NCBI GenBank assembly: GCA_963740315.1
Contig: CAVUDP010000002.1
Span: 256,001-320,000 of the forward strand
Source of the DNA: an uncultured cyanobacterium
GTDB lineage: Bacteria; Cyanobacteriota; Cyanobacteriia; Cyanobacteriales; Nostocaceae
Length of the DNA: 64,000 nt
Direction of reading: 5' to 3'
Shown piece after piece: positions 30,988 to 39,863 of the stretch (its first letter is position 1; each line of letters opens with the position of its first letter). The translations under genes were made by a program, and so were the position numbers. The notes beneath the pieces are model-generated. The model did no database searches, had not been told where the DNA came from, and worked only from the letters and a program-made list of their open reading frames with translations.

Positions 30988-33900
30988 TCAATTTAAAGGA
31001 TTATATTCGGAAAGAAGATTATCTAAAATTTTACGTTCGTAACGAGTCAAGTCTTTGGTAGATGTGACTAATTTTTGTAAGTTTTCATAAATCAGATCGC
31101 GGTCAATTTTTTCTATACCTTCTTTAATTTCTTCGTATATTTGTTGAAGGTTAAATTCATTTGCTAAAGCTTGGCTAATTTGTTCTCTATCTTTACCAAT
31201 TAATTCACCGTTGAACTGATAATCTTCTTGAGTATTTTGAGATACTAACCCAAGTGCGATCGCCAATAGTAAGTTTTGATAGGCTAGCTTCAATTCTTTG
31301 TTTGAGCCTATTTCGTCTGGGATTAAATCGGGAATTTCGTCTGCTTCGGTTTGTTCGTTGTGGCTGCGCTCGTAGCAGTCGCGGTAAAATTCAATTTGAC
31401 TGAGAAAGTAAGCGGGAAAGCCCAAGGAACGGGTTAATATACATAATCTACGTTTGTCTTCAGCGACTAAAGCGGTTAAAGTCCGACTAAAGCGACTGTA
31501 GGTTTCAAACATTTCTTCTTTATCTTCAGCGCACACCCAAAGGGTAGTTTCTGGTTGAGAAGTTGGGTTTAAGTTCGCATCGATATCTTGAATTCGCACC
31601 AGCAAATTAGCGCTATCGTATAGCTGATTTAATCGCATATTCGCAGTGTTTTCCGCAATTAAATCCGATTGTTTTAATACTTGAGCAACAGACAATTTAC
31701 TTAACTGTTCAAACTGCTGACGAGTAAAGGGGATAAGTTGATTTTGAAATTCTTCTCCAGAAATTTTCCACGATTTAGAACGACTTACTACTTTTTGAGT
31801 GAATTGCTCGGTGGGGAATTGTGTCAGAAAATTTTGGTAATAAGCATCAATATCGGCATCAGTTAAAACTGCGAGACGATTTTCACTAAACTTTGTTGTA
31901 GATTGTTCGCGCTTTTGGACTAAATTTTTATGTAATTCTGAGAAATTAGCAAGAGATTGACGTAAAGTACTTGCTCTTTGTTTGGTTGTTTTAATTAAAT
32001 AGTTTAATGCTTCAATGCGAAGTTTTTGAGCGTAAAGATCGTATTCTAATTTTAATTGTTCGTTGTAGCTGCGACGTAATTCTACACCGCTTGCTTTTAA
32101 ACTGCTTTCTAATCGTTTAATTTGTTTGTGAATCTTTGCCAGACGATGGCGAATTTTACTACTATACTTCAGCCAAACGATGCCTAAATAAGCCAAAGTT
32201 GTCACCGCAGTTCCTAGCAAATAAGTAACTAAATTACCCCAAAATTTTTGCAATAATAGCCACAATGCTGATTGACTAAAAACTCCAGTAATTATCAATA
32301 TAATCACGAAGGCTACAGCAATAAATGTAGGGAAAATAAATAAATACTGTTTGCGAAACAGCTTTTCTTCTTCTATTAGTTCATTCTTTTTATCTGTAGC
32401 TGTTTCTAATTGATTTTCAGCGGCGTTTAGGTGCTGTATATTGGCATTAATAGCGTTTTGTGCTTCTTCGCGAGCGTGAGTAATTGCCGCAAAACGAATT
32501 TGTCGAGTTTGTTTGATTTCTAAATTTAACGCTTGCCGATATTCATCAATTACAGTTTTTAGCTGTTCCTGAATTGTTTGAATTTCTTGCTGTAGTTCTT
32601 CCGAAGATGTTTGAGCTAAATTATCTTGTAATTGTTGCCGCTGCAATCTCAAACAATAAATTTGATTCAGTAAATTTTTAGTGTTTTCTTTATCTATTTT
32701 TACTTCTAATTTGGAATCAAGAAATGCTTCTGCTGCCCGCAGTTCGGTAATTAGATTTTGAGGTTCTTCGTTAATAGAATCGGTTTGCAGTTCTAAATAT
32801 AAATAAGTCAGAAGATTTAATAATGTAACTGCTTCATCCAAGCCTTTAGGTGTAGCATCGGCATAATGATTAATTCTGTTATCTAAAAAGGCGGTTAGCG
32901 ATGCCTGCATTTGTTTGCAAGAATTTTCTAACGTCCGTTTGTAGGAAAGTAATTCTTTATTTTCAAATTGCTTATAAGCACGCTGTAATTCTATGCCGTA
33001 ATCTTGCGCCATCCCAGCACGCAGATTAATACGCGGGTTAAAATCTTGCCAAACTGGTTTACCGTTGTCTCTTTCTAGTTCGAGAAAAGCATTACTAAAA
33101 TCTTCGCTGAGGATGAATTCTTTGGTATCTAACAACCATTGACGATTCACTTCTACAGTAGATTTTGCCTGGGGTAAAAACTGCCGATTTAAAATATCAC
33201 AAGCTAAAGAAGCACTTAAACGGTTAATAACTATTTCGCTGGGGAAAAACAATTCTCCATAGCCAAAAGCACTGTAAACGGGGAGTTTTCCTCGGACTTT
33301 CTGCGTACCAATTAGTAGATTATTGGCTTCGGCTTCCACGGTAAGAAAGCCTGTAAAAGCATCCGCATAGCTGGTTAAATTATCTTTTAATCCGCCAATT
33401 CGTTCATCGCACAGCCAGATGTTATTAAAAGGTGGTATTTTTTGAGTCGATGCACTTCCACCACTCATTTTGTCATCTAACTCGCGGAGGAAAGCGTAGG
33501 CTTCACCGTAATCGGGGGTTGTAACTTGAGTAAATAATCCCGGTAATAATAATAAACCTTCTAAGCTGTAAGGAATGTGTGTAAAGTATTTATTAAATAA
33601 CCAGCGAATCAACCGCACTAAGTCAAAAACAAATCCCCTAACTTCAGGGTTACTAATTGACATCATGAGAAAGATTCTATGGGTGCTGCTAATTTCTACT
33701 CCTTGACGTTTCAAATCAATTGCTGATTCCGATTGAGTCGCAGTTTTGATTAAATCAATCAGTTCAGTTTGCAGCGTATCAGTAGTTTTATTAAATTCAG
33801 CGTTGATTTGAGAGACAGAAATTTGTTTGCTATTAGTTCTCTCTAAATCAAAACTATTATCTGCATTATTTAACTCAGAACTGAAGCCAAAAGCTTGATT

Positions 33901-34032
33901 TTCCTGAGTTAGAGTATAAGTTTGAATTAAACGGCTTTGAACATTATTTAATTCTTGAACTTGCCCTTTAATGGCGTTACAAAAAGCGGCACTATGAGGT
34001 TCGAGTGCAATTAATATAGTTGGTTTTGGCAT
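30988..34032 (-). CDS. Inactive tubulin-like (Tubulin_2/FtsZl1) paralogue with coiled coil and TM hairpin
   Basis: Motifs collinear with 34065-36806 (PPFNNIWLCD, YSAFGYGELFFP, LGFPAYF, IPDLIP) but no glycine-rich GTP motifs; two hydrophobic segments mid-protein. Confidence 0.72.
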   Translation of the reverse strand: MPKPTILIALEPHSAAFCNAIKGQVQELNNVQSRLIQTYTLTQENQAFGFSSELNNADNSFDLERTNSKQISVSQINAEFNKTTDTLQTELIDLIKTATQSESAIDLKRQGVEISSTHRIFLMMSISNPEVRGFVFDLVRLIRWLFNKYFTHIPYSLEGLLLLPGLFTQVTTPDYGEAYAFLRELDDKMSGGSASTQKIPPFNNIWLCDERIGGLKDNLTSYADAFTGFLTVEAEANNLLIGTQKVRGKLPVYSAFGYGELFFPSEIVINRLSASLACDILNRQFLPQAKSTVEVNRQWLLDTKEFILSEDFSNAFLELERDNGKPVWQDFNPRINLRAGMAQDYGIELQRAYKQFENKELLSYKRTLENSCKQMQASLTAFLDNRINHYADATPKGLDEAVTLLNLLTYLYLELQTDSINEEPQNLITELRAAEAFLDSKLEVKIDKENTKNLLNQIYCLRLQRQQLQDNLAQTSSEELQQEIQTIQEQLKTVIDEYRQALNLEIKQTRQIRFAAITHAREEAQNAINANIQHLNAAENQLETATDKKNELIEEEKLFRKQYLFIFPTFIAVAFVIILIITGVFSQSALWLLLQKFWGNLVTYLLGTAVTTLAYLGIVWLKYSSKIRHRLAKIHKQIKRLESSLKASGVELRRSYNEQLKLEYDLYAQKLRIEALNYLIKTTKQRASTLRQSLANFSELHKNLVQKREQSTTKFSENRLAVLTDADIDAYYQNFLTQFPTEQFTQKVVSRSKSWKISGEEFQNQLIPFTRQQFEQLSKLSVAQVLKQSDLIAENTANMRLNQLYDSANLLVRIQDIDANLNPTSQPETTLWVCAEDKEEMFETYSRFSRTLTALVAEDKRRLCILTRSLGFPAYFLSQIEFYRDCYERSHNEQTEADEIPDLIPDEIGSNKELKLAYQNLLLAIALGLVSQNTQEDYQFNGELIGKDREQISQALANEFNLQQIYEEIKEGIEKIDRDLIYENLQKLVTSTKDLTRYERKILDNLLSEYNPLN

Positions 34033-34064
34033 GATAACACTAACTGAAGAGTAAATTATTCCCG

Positions 34065-36806
34065 TTAGATAATTACATCTAAATCTTCGAGGTATGATTC
34101 AATTTCCCCGATTTCCATTTCCACCTGTTCTTTTATTTGGGAATCAACTTTACCCCCGCTTAAAACCCTATTTAGATAGTTGATATAATTTTCTAAAACC
34201 GATCTGGCATTATCTTCATTTTCATAGGTAATATTCTCAACTTTGTCAGAAATTTCCTTGATTAAAGGTAAATTACTTTTGAAAGCTTTAAATGCGGATT
34301 TGCGGTTATCTCCTAAAAGTAAAAGTCCGTCTTCGGATCTTCGCGCTTGATCTGTATAAACCAAATATTGCTTTCTACTGTTATTGACGATTATTTTATA
34401 CGGATTGGGTGCTAAAGCTAAAGCAAACCAGCGTAAGGCTCCACCGTCGTCTTCGGGAGGAATTAAGTTAGGTAAATTAGTCCAGTTGCGATCTAAATGC
34501 TTGAACACTTTATTCGGATCTAAGTAAGCTAATTCCATCTCTTTCATGCCATTGAAAGCGAATAAAGGAACACCTACTTCCACCCGAAACAAGGTAATTT
34601 TATGAGCTTCCCCTGTCGGTACAAAAGAAGGATTCTCTCTTCCTTTGGGTAATCGACTTGAAAGCGGAGGATTGCTGAAAATTGTATTGTTACTTTCAAC
34701 TCCGTAATAATAAAATTCATTGATGACGTGCTGCTGTTGAGTCGGAATTTCCGATTCTTCATACTGCCACAGCGGAACTGCTAATTTACCAAGCTGTTCT
34801 AAATCTGTTCCTGCATCTTCTGGATTACTATTTGCCAAAACCTCTTCAATGCTCATACTAGTAAGAGGACGATAACTTTCAACTAAAAATTCAATAATTT
34901 CTTTTTTTACATCTTCAGCTTTCTTATCCGACCAGCTAGTCAAGCTTTGAGACTGTTCTCGATACCAACGAATAAAGTCTTCACCAGTAATTGATGGTCG
35001 TTTCGATTCTAAATTGGCACGTTGAATAGTGTGAATAAAAGGATTGTCGTTTGCTGCTTGACCGTTTCGAGAACTGTAAATCTGCTGAATATCGCGGTAA
35101 ACTTTATCTAAATTGCCATGAATTAAACGGCACTTTTCCTGACTTTCTTCTACTTTCGTTCGCAATACACCGTAGAGTTCGGCGGCTTTATCGCAACGCT
35201 TCCAATGCAAATACATCTTCCACTTTTGATCGGCTCGTTCCTTGTATCTCTGACAAGCAGCTTGAATAGCCTTCTTATTTCCAAACAAAGCTTCAGCGGA
35301 TTTCTTAATCTTTTCTTCTTGGGAATCCAATTTCAAAACATTAAAACTAGACTCTGCTTCTTTCGATTTACGCTGTACGCTCTGCTGTAATTCATCAAGC
35401 TGCAAGGAAAGTTTGGTCAAAAATTGCAGCGCATAATTTATCCCATTGGGACGGTTGACACCCCGTTCCCACCAACTAGAGATAGCAGCAGTTGCAGCTT
35501 GTTCTAAATTATAGAAATTCACTCCTATTTCTCTAGAAGCCTGTTGCTCAATTTTGTCAAACTGCCGCTTGTACAGTTCTTGTATAGTCGTCAAGGCTGT
35601 ACGCTCGAAGCGCATTTCACCAATTCTAAATTCGGGTTTTATCTGTCCCCCACCCTTACTTTCAGTCAAAGTATTCAGGACAGTATTCGCTTCTCCCAAC
35701 TTGCACTCTTGTAAAAATCGCTCTATTTCGCTGTCAAAATCAATTGTTGGGGTAGGTGCAATCAACTCATCCTTGAGCAATTTATAAGCATCCTCCAGTA
35801 TCATCCGTTCGTACTGATGTACGGGCAAAGCTAAGGTAGCAAAACCAAAACTACAGTAGTTAATATTACGACCTCTAACTTTTTCTCCAGTCGCCAGATA
35901 AGCGCGAATGTTATCGGCAACGTTAGCAGCATCAAGACCGATTTGAGAGCCAATTTGAACATATAAGCCATCCGCAACTAAATTCTGTAAATCGTCGGGA
36001 CGGCTGACTACAGTACCTTTTTTGTTAATACCATCAATCAAAAATACCGCATCAAAAGGAGGGCGATCGCATTTCACTTTGGAAATACCGTAATCAATCT
36101 CAAGCGCATTCGAGGGTGATAAATTCCAAAAGTGTTCAATTTCTTTGAGAGCGCCATAGGCATTAGATTTTACCATGTGAGTTTGAGCAAGGTTAGAAAA
36201 AACTCTGGGTAAAACAAAGACTCCCGTAATATTCGAGAAACTATTAAGATATTGCCGTGCTAAAAATGCTGTATCTAAAAAAGTACCGCTACCAGTTCCA
36301 CCTGCCAAACTCCCAACAATAAAAATTTCCACACCATCGCGATTGGAAACTTGAAAGTTATCTGAAAATGCTTGTTTGCTGGTGCGAATTCCGCGTACCT
36401 TATTGATTGCCTGACCGATTAGACTGCTAATATCGCCAACCTTGGCAAATAACGCTAACCTACCTCTGGCGCGAATCTGTCCGGCACCGTTAATAATACC
36501 GTGTGAGGGAATTTGTTTGGGCCACCATTCATCGATGTGTTCGTTACGCCCCCCTACCAAACCGCCTGGATTCGCTACAGATATAGCATAAAGTTCGTTC
36601 GGTTCTAGGACAACCTTATTACCATCGGGGGATTTTTCGCGCTCCTGGATATTTTCAGTGGTATCGATAGAAAGAAACTGAATAATTTCTGGTACCGAAC
36701 CATAAGCATCGATGAATCGCTTTTTCAATTTAAGTACAACTTCATAACCCGTACCACCCAAACCAATGACAACGGTAGGACGAAATACAACTGTAGGACG
36801 TGACAT
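34065..36806 (-). CDS. Tubulin/FtsZ-like GTPase (Tubulin_2/FtsZl1 family)
   Basis: VVIGLGGTG, GAGQIRARGR, GSLAGGTGSG tubulin signature; long helical C-terminus; SD AGGAG upstream. Confidence 0.9.
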   Translation of the reverse strand: MSRPTVVFRPTVVIGLGGTGYEVVLKLKKRFIDAYGSVPEIIQFLSIDTTENIQEREKSPDGNKVVLEPNELYAISVANPGGLVGGRNEHIDEWWPKQIPSHGIINGAGQIRARGRLALFAKVGDISSLIGQAINKVRGIRTSKQAFSDNFQVSNRDGVEIFIVGSLAGGTGSGTFLDTAFLARQYLNSFSNITGVFVLPRVFSNLAQTHMVKSNAYGALKEIEHFWNLSPSNALEIDYGISKVKCDRPPFDAVFLIDGINKKGTVVSRPDDLQNLVADGLYVQIGSQIGLDAANVADNIRAYLATGEKVRGRNINYCSFGFATLALPVHQYERMILEDAYKLLKDELIAPTPTIDFDSEIERFLQECKLGEANTVLNTLTESKGGGQIKPEFRIGEMRFERTALTTIQELYKRQFDKIEQQASREIGVNFYNLEQAATAAISSWWERGVNRPNGINYALQFLTKLSLQLDELQQSVQRKSKEAESSFNVLKLDSQEEKIKKSAEALFGNKKAIQAACQRYKERADQKWKMYLHWKRCDKAAELYGVLRTKVEESQEKCRLIHGNLDKVYRDIQQIYSSRNGQAANDNPFIHTIQRANLESKRPSITGEDFIRWYREQSQSLTSWSDKKAEDVKKEIIEFLVESYRPLTSMSIEEVLANSNPEDAGTDLEQLGKLAVPLWQYEESEIPTQQQHVINEFYYYGVESNNTIFSNPPLSSRLPKGRENPSFVPTGEAHKITLFRVEVGVPLFAFNGMKEMELAYLDPNKVFKHLDRNWTNLPNLIPPEDDGGALRWFALALAPNPYKIIVNNSRKQYLVYTDQARRSEDGLLLLGDNRKSAFKAFKSNLPLIKEISDKVENITYENEDNARSVLENYINYLNRVLSGGKVDSQIKEQVEMEIGEIESYLEDLDVII

Positions 36807-36867
36807 AAATTCTCCTTTTATATAATTATTTAAAAGTTTGATTTAATAGCTTTACTTAATAGTTTGT

Positions 36868-38652
36868 CTATCTTTGATGCTCAATCCAGTTGAATTGGAG
36901 CTTAACGTTACCAATCTCGATTATGTCCTCATCGTAAAGTTCATCTGTAGTTACCTCCTTACTGTTGATAAAAATATTACCTTTTAAACAACGTAAATCG
37001 ATATTCTTTTTACCCGCTTCCCTCACCGTAACTAACTCGGCATCAGAATCGGTTGCAGCAATCACTGGTATTAAATCGCTCAAATATACTTTACTTTTAT
37101 ACAGATTGGTTAGACTAATCTCTTCATCTTGTGAGGATTTTGGCGTTGGTTCCAAGATTATCAGCGCTCCTTCTAAATTTTTACGAGTGCGGATATCTTG
37201 AAGCAATTCCAGAGGAGTTTGACGCTGAATCAAACAAACTACTATCAGGGCAATTAGCAGTAACAATAGTATTAATAACGACCAAGTAATTATTTTTCGC
37301 CATAGCGGTATCAAAATATTTAGTTGAATAGAAGCAGCAATCGGACTTGCAATCGGATTCTCTGGTACTAGTTGTAAACTGAAAGTGCGATCGCCCTCGG
37401 AATTATTGTCGGCAACCTGCAACTGAACGGGAATTTTAGTCTCTCCGACTTGCAAAGATACTGGTGAATCCGGTTGTACGACAGAAATACCTTGATTCTG
37501 TAGCTGCAATCTGGCGTTTCCAGATATATTGCTACGAACTATTAAAGTCTGAGTCGAAGTCGTTTCCCCGACTTCCACAGAGCCAAAATCTATCGAGGTT
37601 GGTTGAAGAAGCAGTTTCGCTTGAATAGTTACAGGTAAGTCAACGGTAATAGGAGCGATCGCCTTGTTTTCACTTGCTAATACCAACCGCAACCCACTAA
37701 CGCCTCCTTCGACATCGGCTGGAATCTGTAACTTAATAGGAATAGATGTTGCTTTATTAGCTGCTAAATCAATTCTGCTATTAGGTGAAAATAAGCGAAT
37801 ACCCGTTTTTTTCGGGTCTTGTAATTGCAAACTTACCGTATTGTTAACATTACTAATACTATTAATATTGAAAGCTTCGGTAATTGTTCCGGGGGATACT
37901 GGCTGTAATTTAATAGCAGGTAAATTAACATCAAGCTTGGGTTCTATTAATACAGGTCGGATATTTTGAGCCAGTCGATTTAATTCAACTCCTCCAGGAT
38001 CTCGTAATACCCTTCCCTTGCCGCAAAGCGCTGGATTATTCGCAAAATTATTAAGCTGCTTTTCGTGTTCTTCTAATCCTAAAGATACAAAAAATATATA
38101 GGGTTTGCATTGTTGCTGACGCAAAAGTTGAGTATTACCAGGAATAGGAACGGGATTCGGAATACCTGTTACGTCTTCCACTCCATCTGTTAAAAATAAT
38201 ATGCTAACAGTGCGACCTAAAGCATCACTACGTTGGTTTAACAAAGCTGAATGTTGCAAAGCTTTTTGCACTGCTTTACCCGTATGAGTACGCACACCAT
38301 CAGCTTTAAGAGAGGCAATTATTTGTTTAAGTTGTCCCCGGTTTGAGTTGCTAATTATAGGAACATTTTCAGTTTCTAAAGTTACATCTTTATCAAAACT
38401 GTAAATAGTTACCGTATCGCCTAATTGAGCAGTATTAACAAATTCAGTAATCGAATTTTTTACCTGATTAAATATATTTTTAGTTCCCCCCGCACCGCGC
38501 ATCGAAGCAGATGTATCTACAACTACAATCCAGTCAATTGCACCTTTTGAACCAGCTTGAGCCAATGCAGTAGACAAAAAAATTGATATTAGAGCAACAA
38601 TACTTTGAATTGAAAAATATCTCAACCAATGCTTGAAGTATCTAAAATTCAT
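36868..38652 (-). CDS. vWA-domain membrane protein (signal peptide, vWA, two Ig-like domains, TM, FHA-like tail)
   Basis: ALAQA signal end; MIDAS VVDTSASM...T...FLTDG; TM IITWSLLILLLLLIALIVVCLI; tail IFINSKEV...LYDEDIIEIGNVKLQF. Confidence 0.85.
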   Translation of the reverse strand: MNFRYFKHWLRYFSIQSIVALISIFLSTALAQAGSKGAIDWIVVVDTSASMRGAGGTKNIFNQVKNSITEFVNTAQLGDTVTIYSFDKDVTLETENVPIISNSNRGQLKQIIASLKADGVRTHTGKAVQKALQHSALLNQRSDALGRTVSILFLTDGVEDVTGIPNPVPIPGNTQLLRQQQCKPYIFFVSLGLEEHEKQLNNFANNPALCGKGRVLRDPGGVELNRLAQNIRPVLIEPKLDVNLPAIKLQPVSPGTITEAFNINSISNVNNTVSLQLQDPKKTGIRLFSPNSRIDLAANKATSIPIKLQIPADVEGGVSGLRLVLASENKAIAPITVDLPVTIQAKLLLQPTSIDFGSVEVGETTSTQTLIVRSNISGNARLQLQNQGISVVQPDSPVSLQVGETKIPVQLQVADNNSEGDRTFSLQLVPENPIASPIAASIQLNILIPLWRKIITWSLLILLLLLIALIVVCLIQRQTPLELLQDIRTRKNLEGALIILEPTPKSSQDEEISLTNLYKSKVYLSDLIPVIAATDSDAELVTVREAGKKNIDLRCLKGNIFINSKEVTTDELYDEDIIEIGNVKLQFNWIEHQR

Positions 38653-39205
38653 AGATTACTCCAAACACATTAAACTCAATTTCATAAATTATTATCATAT
38701 AAATGCCCCTAAAATTATCGCAGCTTAAAAATACTATCTCCACGCAGAAACTAAGACTGAATTGAAATTGATTCAGTCAATCCGTAAATGGGATATTTGC
38801 AGCATAAGGATAAATTCTTATGCCAAAAGTTATAAATATAACTAATTATTTATTAAGTTATATGCTAACTATATGAATATTGAAAACCCAATAGTAAAAT
38901 TACTTAAAATGTTTTATTTAAGTAAGTGAGAATACATGAATTCGCTATAAATTAATTAGATATACGAGTTTAAAGATAATAAGTTAAGAAAATATAAATG
39001 TTTAATATTAATTTTTATATATTGATAAACTAAATATTCTGACCGTATAATTACCGTTTAAATAGTTATTATCACTTAAATATAGTCTCAAAATATTATA
39101 GATAGTTGCTAATAGTGAGTTTGATAGATGTACATCAAAATTGTTTGTCTGTATGGTAATCCCCCTTGAATCAAGAGGGATTTAAAAATATCTAAAGCCT
39201 AATAT

Positions 39206-39586
39206 TTAATTAATAATAAAGTTTTCTATATACTCACACACACCTTCAAAGTTTTTGAAAACTTGTTGATTTGTAAATCTAATAACTTGAAGACCATAAC
39301 CTTCTAATATTAATGTTCTTTGTGAATCATAATTTTTTGCTTCATCTGTAAAATGGCTTTCCCCATCAATTTCAATTACTAATTTTAAATTGGCGCAATA
39401 AAAGTCTACTATAAAATTATCAATAGGTCTTTGTCGCAAAAATCTAGTTTTTAATGTTTTTAAATAATTGTTCCACAGCTTTTTCTCTGCTGGAGTCATG
39501 TTTTTTCGTAGTTCTTTTGCTTTTTCTATAAGTTTTGGGTTATAAGATAGGTGATAAGCTGTTTTGATAAATTGCTCTCTCTTCAT
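39206..39586 (-). CDS. DUF559 / Vsr-like endonuclease
   Basis: AKELRKNMTPAEKKLW, FLRQRPI..FIVDFYC, IEIDGESH, G..VIRFTN. Confidence 0.9.
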   Translation of the reverse strand: MKREQFIKTAYHLSYNPKLIEKAKELRKNMTPAEKKLWNNYLKTLKTRFLRQRPIDNFIVDFYCANLKLVIEIDGESHFTDEAKNYDSQRTLILEGYGLQVIRFTNQQVFKNFEGVCEYIENFIIN

Positions 39587-39604
39587 TGCTCAATTCTCGG
39601 TAAG

Positions 39605-39862
39605 ATCCCCCCTAACCCCCCTTAAGAAGGGGGGGAATGGAGTGTTTTTTATAAACATAATATAAATATGTATTTTTTTTACAACCACAGTAAATTTACT
39701 ATTAATAAAAAAAGCCCCCCTTTAATAAGGGGGGTTGGGGGGATCTCACTACGATTGAAGCTAAAAAAAAGCCCCCCTTTAATAAGGGGGGTTGGGGGGA
39801 TCTCACTACGTTTGAAGCTAAAAAAAGCCCCCCTTCAAAAAGGCAGGTTGGGGGGATCTGGA
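39605..39862. repeat. C/G-rich palindromic repeats: one inverted copy plus about 2.6 tandem 56-bp units
   Basis: GCCCCCCTTTAATAAGGGGGGTTGGGGGGATC-like units at 39715, 39771 and 39827; reverse copy at 39605-39637. Confidence 0.85.
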
Positions 39863-39863
39863 T

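Noticed and set aside
34065..36806. Canonical ftsZ, or plasmid/phage TubZ
   Set aside because: 913 aa with a long helical extension, no dcw or tubR/centromere context; motifs fit the Tubulin_2/FtsZl1 group.
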